Assembly (NCBI GenBank): GCA_045837725.1
Contig: JBEWZL010000048.1
Coordinates: forward strand, 124,001-188,000
DNA: 64,000 nucleotides
Reading direction: 5' to 3'
DNA from: Vermamoeba vermiformis
Taxonomy: Eukaryota
Of the stretch, positions 28,535 to 40,183 are shown in pieces. Each line of letters opens with the position of its first letter. Position 1 is the first letter of the stretch. The notes below the pieces were generated by a model that saw nothing but the letters and a program-made list of their open reading frames with translations, did no database searches and had not been told where the DNA came from. A program made the translations under genes and the position numbers.

Positions 28535-29565
28535 CTTGAAGCGAACTTAATTCGTGTCTGCTTGATAATTAAGGAAATTTCATTGACCCAAAAAACAAGC
28601 GCAATTTTTTTCTTTCAGTTTTATTGCTCCAACAAGCAATATACAACCACAGCAACCATTAAATAGTATACCCAATGTAATGGATATATATGCACTAAAC
28701 GGCGTACACCTCCGCGCTGTTTACATGGACGATAGTTTTGAGTTATTGTTTTGGATCAACGCGATTCAAGTTGGAACCAAACAATTTTCTCTCGAATCAA
28801 TGGCCAAAACATAGTACATAGATGGTCTGTATTCAAAATGCATCGGATCACCTTTCGATGATTTACTGTTGGTAATCGTGCTGGCTTTCAAAGCCGAATC
28901 GGTCAGATGTCTTGGTATGTTTCTCGTACATCACAAATTTCACTCACAATAATTTTACAAATTAGTTTATGATATTACAAAAATAGTTTCTTTAACTTCG
29001 AGCAATTATTAAAGTTGCATCTACCCCTAAATAACCGATTCTGAATCTGACCTCAATTACGAGGCGACAGTTTATCGCGCTACTTCAACAAGTTATTGAA
29101 TACTATCCCAAACTAATATTAATGTAACTTTTAGCCCGTAATATGAAAACCTGGCTCAAATCTCAGAACGTGATTCGCCCTGTGCGCTTGTTGCAAGCAG
29201 CGAGACAAGGAACGCACCCTGTTCCGGTGACCATGGACTGAGCACACATCAGTGCCGTGTTGGATTTGGCTCCAGCTAAGAGTGATGGGTGTGCTCTGTT
29301 GTTGATTTTTCTATTTCCATTTTTCCACGCCTTTGAAAAAATACCGCCAAAAATATCGCTTTGGATCCACCGAACGACACCGTGACACGCTCAAATCAAT
29401 TCGTGGGGTACCAACCCTTTGCTTTGCAATCGAATAACGGATCCAGAGCTTGTGATTGGTCCAGCACAGAAATTTCTCAGGCAAAACGAGCCCAACAATC
29501 ACGACAGAGAGAACCGTAAATTGGTTATTATCCCTCGGTTTGGCTATATAGACGATAGACATCTT

Positions 29566-31120
29566 ATGAGTGCTATGGTATGTATTATTTTTTGCCAGGC
29601 CTTGTAGGTAGCGGGATAATCGGTTTTCTCTTCTCTTTATTTTCAGATGGGCTTATTCGGTTATATTTTTTCTTCTGACGCTCCCTGCTTTCCATACCTA
29701 CCTTAACTCACGAATATTATATCCTTCTGGACCGATTCATTAATTTAAATTAATTTGTGGTCTAATCTCACCAATTTAATTCCCTATTCCTAGTATTTCG
29801 TCCCTTTACCCTGTATTAACCCCTTTCCTTATTTGCAGACCCAATCCCGTCAACGAGGGAAAGAGAAGAGGCGTGAAGCCACCAAGACCCCCAAGACTGA
29901 CGAGGTCATCCGATGCGAGCAGTGCAACATGGAAATGCAAGCCAACCCTCCCTTTGCGACTTCTAGTTGGTAAGCACCCCATAGTAACTCGCCAGCTTCA
30001 ATTCTGGCAGGTTTCATAAATAACCACATCCCTTTTTTGAATTTTAATTCTAGATACGAGATGTCCAAACTGATGTTCATTTTTTACTTCCTTTAGGCTG
30101 CGTATTGTTTATGAAGCTATTAAGAGGCTACACAATGAAGCAAACCCTCACAGAAAATATTTTCATTACAAGCACGACATCTGCTCTTACATTGAAAAAA
30201 ATTGGGTCTCCCTTTGCCCAGATAAAAAGAGTATGTAGTCATGAATCAACAAGCTTTCTTTGCAAATTACTATCGAGGAGTTAAAGAAAATTATTGAGAT
30301 TTTATGATTGTACGCGCGACTGACCTCGTGTGCCTTAGGGACAACAACTTGGAACAACACAGTCTCGGCCGTTATCACAACGCACAGGAAGCTGTTCAAG
30401 TCTAACAGAAAGCAGAGCGGCTATTGGACACTGCGCTCCGCCTCGCAGGCAATGGACGTTGAGGACCTGAAGGAAGTGGTCAAGAAGTCACCCGCGAAGA
30501 AGCGCACGCACAGCGAGATGTCATCTCCCGTGACGCCTAAAGTTACTAAGCCCCGAGGACTGACTGAAGAGGAGGTCTATCAGCTGAAGAACTCTGTCTC
30601 GCCGTCTCAGCCACGTGTCTTTTATGCCATCTCACTACGTCGCAAAAACAAGCCGGGCAGTGAAGACGACTTGGGCTCACCGAGTCGAAGGACACGAAGT
30701 GCTACTGGCGGTGATGAGAACGAAGAAGACGATGACCCAATGCTGTTGGACGATGCAATGATCCAAATCCCCGTGCCTAAGCCTTGGATGGATCGCGTGA
30801 TCAAGCATCCGCTGGTCGCTGATACCTACACTATTGAAGGACCTATCCCTATCCCGCGGTGGGTGGAAGTTAACGAAGACGAGGTAGTGGACGAGGATGA
30901 CTCACCTGGACCCTCCCCAAGCAAGAAGGCCAAAACATCCTCGCCTAAATCCGACAACAAGGAGAAAGAGAAGCCAGAAGAGGACGGCGACGAAGACATC
31001 TCTGACGCACGATTCACCGCCCTTCATCAGCCCTACGAGACTTTGGAGAAGCGGCTGCAGAAGTACTTTGTAAATAGCCAAAATAACGGAGTCGCGCCTG
31101 TGAATAACACCAACCACTAA
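29566..31120 (+). CDS. Nuclear protein with N-terminal winged-helix-like (ASH2L-type) region and C-terminal PEHE-like motif
   Basis: Spliced WLRIVYEAIKRL..KYFHYKHDICSYIEKNW..RTTTWNNTVSAVI..SGYWTL; C-terminal IPIPRWVEV..EDISDARFTALHQPYETLEKR. Confidence 0.65.
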
Positions 31121-31305
31121 GATCCAAGACTATTTATTTAAAATATAAATGTTTGTAAATATATTTGTACAACACTTGACACTCTGTTCCTAGATTGCAC
31201 TGTTGTTTTTCTTTAGTCTCAGTTCTGGAGTTTGTGCACGCGTCGTCTTTTGACCTCTCGAAAAAATCTTTCAATTTCATTTTTATTCGTAAATAAGCCA
31301 CAATA

Positions 31306-32928
31306 ATGCTCTCCCGAAGTGTAATTCGTACTTGTTTCACTGCTTCCAAGCAACCTGCTCAGGTAAGCTCTAAAGAATGCAACGGCACATCGGCTTGGCT
31401 GTTGAAGTTCTGCTCTATTCTCAAAGAGGGCCGTATTAATAATATCTTACTATTTAATATCAGATCGCACGAAGCTTCTCTTTATTGGCACGTGCAGCCT
31501 CAACCAAGAGAACCACTCAAAACTCAGCAGTAAAATCCCAAAAGAGCACTTTCACTTTGAACTGGACGGCGAAAAAATCACCTACTCAATTATATTTTGG
31601 TTCATTTATTCAAAAGAACAATTATACAACAGCCGGTGGTGAGTTTGAATTTTTAATATTTAATTTTCAAAAATATCTCCTGCTTACGATTTCTTTCGTT
31701 ATTCTTGTGTGATGCATTCATAGGGCTCTTCATCAAATTTTGCAAGATATTTACGGGAGTAGTCAGCAGTAAAATTAATAATTGACCGTTGTGGCCTTAA
31801 TCCAGAATTCCACTTGGCTTTATAATTCTTTCAAACCAATACTCGTAAAAATAACAAACGATTTAATGGTATATTTATTGATGCAATATTCGCGCAGGTG
31901 CTGCCGCTCAAAAGTTGGATGTTGTCGTTGAAGGCGAGACTTACAAACTAATAGTCAAATTGCCCTCATCAACTGAGTCCTCCGTCTTCGTGCTTAAGCC
32001 CATGGAGACTGTTCGCGATCTCATTAATGACATTCGAGAGGAGGACCCTAAGGCCAACACAATTGTTTTCCACTACACCGATGGCCTCAGGTACGACACA
32101 TTTCTGGCCGTTTGCGTATCAAATGTATAATAACCAATGCTATAACTAGAGTCTCACACTCGACTACTATCGACGACTTGCTTAAATCAGAGTTCCATTT
32201 GACTATTGAAGGCACCAAGTACCACGTAGTTCCTCCCAAGGAAAAGAGTACGTACAACTGAGACTCACCACGCACGTGCGTCCACAGGCAAATTTACGGT
32301 GCAACTTTATTGCCGTAAAATTGTTCAAAGGGCGCTATATTCCTTCACCTTCATACGATGGAGAACAACAAGCTGACTATTTTGTTCTAGTCCTTGACAG
32401 CATCAACGAGAATGTGCTCAGTGTGATGGATTTGCGCAGTCTGATGCACAAGGCTTACTACCACAGAATCTTGCTCCGCTTAGAGTCGGATAAACGACAC
32501 CACATGCCCTACAGGTAAGCATCCTTGCTTTCGAACGAACCAGGCCTTGTTTTTGCGCGGCGACGGGTCAATAACGGCCGTTTAGCTCAGTTGGTTAGAG
32601 CATCGTGCTAATAACGCGAGGGTCCCAGGTTCGATCCCTGGAATGGCCAGTTTTTTTTTACATTTTTTACATTTTTTACATTTGGTTCGGGTGGCAGCGC
32701 TGCAGTACCTTCGATTGATTATTCGCACCAACTAAGCTGTCTGCTTTGACGCTATGTGGCGCAATTTTCAAATTTTGGGCGCTTCATTTCACGGCTGTGA
32801 AGGGATGAGCTCGAGAGCAGTAACTTTACCCATGTTGTTTCTGCTCGTTTGTTTTATTCTGCGCTTGTCTTGCCAAGTGCTTCGAGTTGGTTCCAAAAAC
32901 TCGGACAAGAAAAGCGAAGTGGCGCAGT

Positions 32929-32959
<31 letters not shown>

Positions 32960-33979
32960 CCAGGATCGAAACCTGGCTTCGCTAATCATTTTTTTGATTC
33001 TTGAAAATCAAACAACGAGCAATATGATGGTACTTCCATGACTATGAATTACTCATGATTCAAATTATACCGTTTGAGACTGATTGCTCAATTTAATTTT
33101 TTTGGTCAGGCCTGATCCAGGGGTCAACGTAACCTGATACTGATCCTTTTTTTTAGTGAGTACTTGGAATGGTGCCGTGAGTACGGCTTGAGCGACGAAG
33201 AATCACTCAACTTGGCGCACCACTTGCACGAGGTTGGATTGATCTTGCACTTCGCTGGCAACCCCGAGCTCAAGGACTACATCTTCTTGAACCCTCAATT
33301 GGTCGCCAACAGCATCACCAAGGCCTTGCAATTGCGCTACATCAAGTACGTACCAAGTTCAGTTATAATAAGAGAACGCAACTAACGATTACGCTGCAGG
33401 AAGGGAGATGAACTTAAGATGGCTGAATTGGAAGCAATCAAGCAGGAATTGGCTCCTTTGCACGACCTTAAATGTACGTAATAGCTGAATTGGAAGGTCG
33501 TGTAATAATGGTACTGGCACTAATACTGTATAAATATAGTGACTTACGACGAACAAGCCGATAACTACGGCCGTCGAGTCTTGTTGTGGTCCGGCATCTA
33601 CTTGGCCGCGCAGTTCTCTTTGCTCGCTCGTCTCGTGTGGGTTGAGTTCAACTGGGACATTATGGAACCGATCACTTACTTCGTCACCTTGGGCACAATG
33701 ATCTGGGGTTACACTTTCTTCACCTTCACCAAGACCGACTACAGCTACCCTGCCTTCAAGGACCGCATTGCTCGTCGCAAGTTGCGCGCTATCTACTTGA
33801 AGAACGAGTTCAACTGGAAGAGATGGAACACTCTCTATCAACGCGCCAAGCAGCTCGAAGACGAATTGGCTTTGCCTGTTGCTGAGCGATTCACCACTCA
33901 AGATCCCAACAAGACTCGCTTGCCTAAAGTCCAAGCCTCAGCAATCTTGTCGACTCCTGATGCCGTTCAAACGAACTAA
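31306..33979 (+). CDS. MCU: Mitochondrial calcium uniporter pore subunit
   Basis: Mitochondrial-type presequence MLSRSVIRTCF; two TM helices flanking WDIMEPITY selectivity motif; long intron 32515..33156. Confidence 0.93.
32576..32649 (+). tRNA. tRNA-Ile(AAT), inside MCU intron
   Basis: GGCCGTT..AATGGCC-A acceptor stem, D arm TAGCTCAGTTGGTTAGAGC, anticodon arm TCGTG-CTAATAA-CGCGA, GTTCGATCC T arm, followed by a T-run terminator. Confidence 0.95.
32913..32984 (+). tRNA. Initiator tRNA-Met(CAT), inside MCU intron
   Basis: A1-U72 pair (AGCGAAG/CTTCGCT-A), three G-C pairs in anticodon stem (TTGGG-CCCATAA-CCCAA), GATCGAAA T-loop typical of eukaryotic iMet; T7 follows. Confidence 0.95.
33017..33089 (+). 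ncRNA. Candidate box C/D snoRNA, copy 1
   Basis: Terminal stem GAGCAA/TTGCTC, 3-nt bulge then C box ATGATGG (33024..33030), D' ATGA (33044..33047), C' ATGATT (33055..33060), D box CTGA (33080..33083); 73 nt. Confidence 0.72.
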
Positions 33980-34118
33980 ACCCTCGAATCACTTGTTTTA
34001 TTATTCTTACACATGCACTAATAAAGTAAATACGATTATATAGACGACAAGTTTGGGTTTATTTGTGGAGTACAAAAGTTCTTTTGATTATCAACTACAA
34101 TTTACATTTCATATGAAG

Positions 34119-35279
34119 TTAGTTCTTGGTAGACTCACGGCCGACGAGGGAGGTGTAGATGTCATCACCCAACATCTTCACACGCATGCTGGTGCCCATC
34201 AACTTGGACCAGTAAACAGCACGCCACATCCAGTAAGCACCGAGACCAGTGACGATGGCCTTTGATTCTGAACCTCGCTCAACAAATCCGTCTTCAGCAC
34301 CGACGTATTCAAAGCCACCAATGTGCTTGTATCTGAAGGGTGTTCGCTCTGTGGGGTCCTCGTAATTGCACTCAGATCTGTTGAATGCTTTGGCCAAGAA
34401 TGCTCCTTGTTGAGCAGCAACTAATGGGCATGGATTAATATTATTATTCATAATACAATAGCGCTGAGAAACATACCAGCAGCGGTCGAGGGCAAGCGAG
34501 TCAATCGAGCGTCGAACGATCTCAACAGACCAGCAAACTCTTCGCGGTCCAAAGTGCCGTCCTTGTTAGTATCAGCTTGCACGAACAATTCTTTCGAGTT
34601 GTTGGCGACTTCAAAGAGAGCTGGGAATTGACGAGCCAAGTTCTTTACCAACGCTTCGTATTCCTCAACATCGACGCGACCGTCACCGTTGACGTCAAGC
34701 TTTTTGAAGATTTCCTAGCACGTGGTGTGAGTACTGATTGCAATTGACAGCGCGAGTACTTACAACAGCCTTGTTGATCAATTTGCCCTGATCAATAGTG
34801 GCACAGTCACCCAATGCCCACACGTCCTTGGCACCATTGACGGCGAGTGAGTTGTCGGTGACGAGGGCGCGAGTGTTGTTCTGGCCCTTCAGCTTGGAGC
34901 GCAGCATGTTGATGAGTGGGTGAGGAGCACCGCCAGTGGACCACACGCACAAACCAAACGGTAACTTCACTGTCTCTTCGGTCTTTGTCTCGCGGTTGAA
35001 TCGCTTCACTGTCACGCTGTCCTTATCGACGGCAACAACGTGCTTCGACTTGACTACATTAACGCCCTTAGAATGGTGGTGCAAAGCCATGTCTGTGGAA
35101 ACAAAAGTCAAGGAAAACCAGATCTGGATCAGATCAAAAAAAATAAATCGAGCAATCAGTCTCAAACGGTATAATTTGAATCATGAGTAATTCATAGTCA
35201 TGGAAGTACCATCATATTGCTCGTTGTTTGATTTTCAAGAATCAAAAAAATGATTAGCGAAGCCAGGTTTCGATCCTGG

Positions 35280-35310
<31 letters not shown>

Positions 35311-36794
35311 ACTGCGCCACTTCGCTTTTCTTGTCCGAGTTTTTGGAACCAACTCGAAGCACTTGGCAAGACAAGCGCGAAAAGTTTGAATAAAGGATAC
35401 ATTCACTAATTGAACGATCGTAGAAGTTGTTGATGTGCTCCTTGGTCGAGACTAAGGTAACATTAGCAGTTTCAGCCAATGAAGGGAATTGTGGTTTGAG
35501 ATCTTGGTCGATGAATTCTGTTCGTGCACTGAGATTAGTAGTCGGCTCTAACATGTCGTCGAAAATGTGCATACCATGCAGGTTATGGGCAATTTCATAG
35601 GCGACAGGACTGCCTCCAACAATGACAAAGTTCAACAGCTTCTTCTTTTCCTATTGTTTAATACTTGCGTGTCAATAACAAATCCTTGGCTGTCATATTC
35701 TCCTCTTATAATCAGCTTACATCGTCAGATACGTTAGGCAGAGTGGCCTTCTCAAAAGCATCAATAACTTTCTTCTTAATGTTCTTCGCGTCTAATCATA
35801 TGATCGTTAATGAGCGTTATGCGGGCAATAATCTCTGAGCACGTACCTTGAAGGTCGCGCAAAAACAAAGTGTTCTTTTCAACGTCTTTCAGTCCTAAGG
35901 TGTTTGGTACGGAACCAACAGCAATGACGAGCTTGTCGTAATTGACAGTGAAGTCCTTGCCCTCAGCAGCTGTATAAATACGTAAATGCTAATGCCGAAT
36001 ATAACGATGCGCGATATTTCGTACTTTTGCATGTAACAGTCTTCTTGTTGATATCAATGTCAGATGCGCTGGCTTCATAGTAGTTCAAAACTTTGTTATT
36101 TCGCTTAGCAAAAGTGCGAATAGGCTCAGTAACGCTAAAATAAAATATAAATCAATATTATAAAATTTACCAAGATATTTTTGCCCTTGAAACCGGATTC
36201 GTTCTTTAAGTGATTTAAAAATTAAAACGTACCTTTCAGTAGTTGTGGATCCAACAGTGACATCGGGGAGACCAGGAGTGAATAGGAAATAATTTCTAGG
36301 AGAGACAACGGTCACATCAAACATGTAAGTGTTGATATTTCCAGCCATCGACAAGGCACCCCAGCCAGAGCCTAAAATTACGAGTTTTTGTTTGTTTGAT
36401 CCTGCATCTTTTTGTTTCAAACTGCTCTCTAAGGCCAAGCAAGTGTTAATAGCGGTATGGAAATCCAGATTGAAAAAACTTACCGTGCACATATTCGACT
36501 CCTTTATACACCAAAAAGCTACCACCAAATATCGACACAACTACAGATGCCTTTTCCAGATTGGACCACTTCTTGGCAGTGCGGCTGTTATTGAAAATTA
36601 AAAATTTAATTATTTATTACCTAATTATCTAAATAATGAATGATCAATACGAATGTGTATTGCAATATTATGTAATATTTTGTTGCCAATCAATAATCAT
36701 TTTTGCTGCATGTGAAGTATTACCCTGCGTTGGTGCGAGATTGCAGTCTCGTAGCAGTTCGCGAGCTAAGGAGCAATTTGCTGATTCTAAACAT
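34119..36794 (-). CDS. Type II (alternative) NADH dehydrogenase with EF-hands (NDB-like)
   Basis: Presequence MFRISKLLLSSRTATR, LVILGSGWG, VVSPRNYFLFTP, YDKLVIAVG, FVIVGG, WALGDCAT, EF-hands (ADVNGDGRVDVEEY, ADTNKDGTLDREEF), PFRYKHIG. Confidence 0.9.
35150..35222 (-). ncRNA. Candidate box C/D snoRNA, copy 2
   Basis: Identical to 33017..33089; the stem extends by one more C-G pair here. Confidence 0.72.
35255..35326 (-). tRNA. Initiator tRNA-Met(CAT), inside NADH dehydrogenase U12 intron
   Basis: Identical to 32913..32984. Confidence 0.95.
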
Positions 36795-36964
36795 TGTCCT
36801 CTGGTTCGCGATTTAATAACTCTTGATAGTTAAAAATCTTTTTGCCGTTCTTTGAGGTGTTTGAGAATTCTACCCGCCATATCGCCAGATTTTTTAGTCA
36901 TACTGGTCGCCAGCCACCAACCAGAAGTACTTTTGCCGCAAAAAAAAGGCTCAAATACTACAGT

Positions 36965-39944
36965 TTATTTTTTCGACTTCTCTTGATAAGGAGCTACGTC
37001 CCAATGTTGCTCGACGTACGAGGAGATCTTGTTCAAGAATGTGTTCGACTGTTCTTGGGTCCACTTAGTTGGCAGTTTCTTACTTATAGACCCGCGCATC
37101 TTGTCGAGCTTGGTAACTTTCTCAACGGTGTAAGTTGGAGTATCGGAGGGCTTGTCATCTTCGAGCACTTGGTCGCCAAGATCTGACATGACGTCTCCAT
37201 TTGCATTCGTGTTGTTGGTCTCTGTCTTCATGGCATCCTGTTCAATCATCTTTTTGTTGTAGCGCCACGTGTCAGAGAACTTAATCCTCGTCTCGAAGGC
37301 CTTGTAAAATTCGAGCAATGACATCTGCAAGGTACCGATTAGTTCGCGTTGAGGGGCATCAAACACGGAGACTTACGACTTGATCTTGTAACTCTTGCGA
37401 GAAGTCTTCGTCTTGAATGTACTCGTGCACCATATACATCGGTTGGCCCTGCACAATGAGTCAGTAGGTTACAAGGGCAGTTGCGGACTGAGCTCTAACT
37501 TACCTTCAATTCGGCGGTGCGTGATTCGACGTGGAACCAATTAATGACTGACTGCTCGTCTTTTAGTCGTGTGTCATAGGTGCCGATAATAACACCCACG
37601 AACGGCTCTTTTTTGTGTTGTTCGTCTTTAAACAAAATTTGATAGTTGGTTTGGTTCTCGATGTCACGCAGAGATGGATCCGGCTGGAAAACGGGATGGC
37701 TGTGGTACCAACCCACGACTGTTAGGTTCTTTTTAGCAATAGCCTCGCGTGTCTCTAACTCTGATTGCGGATCAAGCTCCACGTTCACATCGTCATCGCC
37801 AGTATGGAGACTCTTGCAAGGGAAAGCCTCTGTAATAGTAATTTCTAAACTGCCATTAGTGACTGTGCTAATGCATGACAGACCTTTGTTGCGTACCTCC
37901 TCCAGCAGGATCGTAGCGGCCAGCAAGGAAGCCAATGATTTCAGTACGGGTCAAATGTGCGTGGAGATCAGCGATGAACATCTAAAGTACGGTTAGACAT
38001 GTGCTAATAGACGTAAATGTATATGAACATACGACGTTGGAGTGAATCTTGACTTTGAATGGCTGACTGTCTTGTTCGTAGCGACTGCATTTGACCATCG
38101 TGAGCGGGTCCCTATAGTGAAATCGAGTCAGTCCCTACGACCTGCTGGTTGATACGTGGTACTGACCTGTCGTCACCGAGTTGTTGCCAGTTAATAGAGT
38201 TTCGGTTTCTCAATCGCTCGCGGCTGAAGTGGGGCTTTGACTCGCCGTACAAGATTTCACCAATGTTCATGCCAAGATCGTTTTCTCTGAAAGGCTTCTT
38301 CTCCTTTTTCTTTGGTCCACGTCTAGGCGAGTATAAGATAAAGTGATGTTGAAAGGCCGTTAAACATACTTTCCAGGCTTCTTTGGTGAAGCAGGTTCGG
38401 GTGCAGCGGCATTGGGTGTGGCTTCAACAGGCATAGGCCACTGACCTGAGGCTTCGAGCTCTTTTTGTCGCTTGACATAGAACGCTTCGAGTACATTAGG
38501 CACGTGTCTTTCAACAGGGTTTCTTACCTTTGCCCAAATATTGCTTTGCAGCCGCGGAATCGGGATCTAACGGCTTGCCAGACAAGGTGTGACCTTCGCC
38601 TGATTCTAAGACCTGAATTTTGCGTGTTAAAAGCTTCGAATAGTGTCGTATTTCTGACCTTAGCAGGCATGGGAGTGCCGTCTCTGAAACACTTGATGAA
38701 GTATTTTTGTGCGTGACTGCGGATGGAATTTTTGTCGCGTGTGGCGATATGGTCAGCGACCTGCAATGATTGTTAGGACAAAAAACTGTATTTTAGTGTT
38801 TCTTACTTTATCCCAATCGCGTCCATAGAGCTCCATCGACTCTAAAAATCTTTTCTCCTCTTCATCCGTCCAAGGACCGATTTTGTGGTTTGGATTCACA
38901 GGCTTGTCCTTCTTTCTCTTTTTCTTGTTAGGCTCTCCGTCACTCGTGCTGTTATCCCCATCCTTTTCTTCAGCTTGCGACTGTTGTGTGTTGTTATTGG
39001 TCGTGGTGGATGAGGCTGCAACAGTGCCGTTTGCAGAAGATGACAACGAGGTTGTACCATTACTGTTAGCTCCATTAGCGGTACCATTAGTGTCAGTAAC
39101 TCCATTAGCATTGTGATCGGGTTGGGTGGTTGTATTATCAGCTTGGTTAGGTTGTAAATCAGATCCTAATCCATCGCTCATTTCGTCGAGTTTTCGTTTT
39201 CGTGGACCTCTCTTTCTGACTAAAGGCATAATTTAAATATTACGAAGATTTGACTACCACAATAACAACATACTTTGGCCAGTCTTCTCTCGAATTTCTC
39301 TTTTAACTTTCTCTGGTACAAAATCATCTGGATACTCGTCAGTACTTTGCATTGAGACCATCGCAGCGGCTTACCATCTTCATCATCCGATGCTTTTTTA
39401 TCTCCGCGCTTAGCTGCGGGGGCTTCCTTTACAAAATCGTTGTCATAAGCATCATCGTAATACGGATTATTCATTTGATCTTGCATGAGCATCGCCTTAA
39501 TTAAAGCGGCCGATTCGGCGTCATTTTGTTCTAATTCTTTGACTGCAGGCATATTTAATTAGCATCGTGGAGGAGCATGGATGGAAATGTCTTGAGGTGT
39601 CACAAAATTATTGGATACAGCATTATTACACGGTAATATGTATTATTTTAGCATGTCATTATTCGAGGTAGCATATTTAATCGGTTTTCATAAAATTTAG
39701 CGTTGATGATTATCGATATCCGAAATGAAAGTGGATAAGCGAGCGTTTTATTGTTGTAAAAGCCCAAAAAATAAATTAAATGATTTTACTTACGATTTAT
39801 ATCGGCACCTATATTTGAGCCTCCTCCGCTCGAGCCTTTCTGTTATTTAAAGCAAACCCAAGTTAATATCCAAAAGGCGCTTGGCGTAATCCAAACTTAT
39901 CTAACACTTACTCGCTTCGTTCCACGTTTGCCTCGTTCTGCCAT
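36965..39944 (-). CDS. MYSM1-like Myb/SANT + MPN/JAMM deubiquitinase
   Basis: Start MAERGKRGTKRKGS; SANT GPWTDEEEKRFLE..RSHAQKYF; MPN ADLHAHL..EIIGFLAG..VVGWYHSHPVFQPDPSLRDIENQ. Confidence 0.85.
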
Positions 39945-40183
39945 TATCAGACTATAAGATTTGGTCAACAATCGAGGTACATAGACTCAAGAACACGATC
40001 GACTTTTGGCGCGAACTTGTGAAAAGTCAAACGGTGGTCAAATAATCACGTGCTGGATCAATATAATATCTTTTTCGTCGCGCACTTGTTTTATTGACTG
40101 TTTGACCGAGTTAAGCCAGTCAATAGCCTTGGTGGTTGATTCATAACAATACAAACAAATCAATCGAGTACAGTGTAGAGCAG

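Larger units (their letters stand above)
32861..33089 (+). repeat. 229-bp cassette copy 1 (inverted repeat with 35150..35378)
   Basis: Reverse complement of 35150..35378; identical by eye over 229 bp. Confidence 0.92.
35150..35378 (-). repeat. 229-bp cassette copy 2
   Basis: Inverted identical copy of 32861..33089. Confidence 0.92.
35093..35400 (-). other. U12-type GT-AG intron in the NADH dehydrogenase gene, hosting tRNA-iMet and snoRNA candidate
   Basis: 5' end GTATCCTTT, branch TTTTCCTTGAC (35107..35117) about 15 nt from the AG. Splicing gives in-frame ISE-Y-MALHHHSKG. Confidence 0.88.

Noticed and set aside
29695-29730. CCTTAAC and ATATCCTT words inside the first PEHE-gene intron
   Set aside because: Order and spacing do not form a U12 intron; the enclosing GT-AG intron already restores the frame.
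32913-32984. tRNA-derived SINE interpretation of the cassette
   Set aside because: The tRNA is intact with all initiator determinants, and there is no poly-A tail or target-site duplication; mobility by another route is not excluded.
32754-33041. 95-aa ORF sharing its C-terminus with ORF 35198..35635
   Set aside because: Artefact of translating the duplicated tRNA/snoRNA cassette inside introns.
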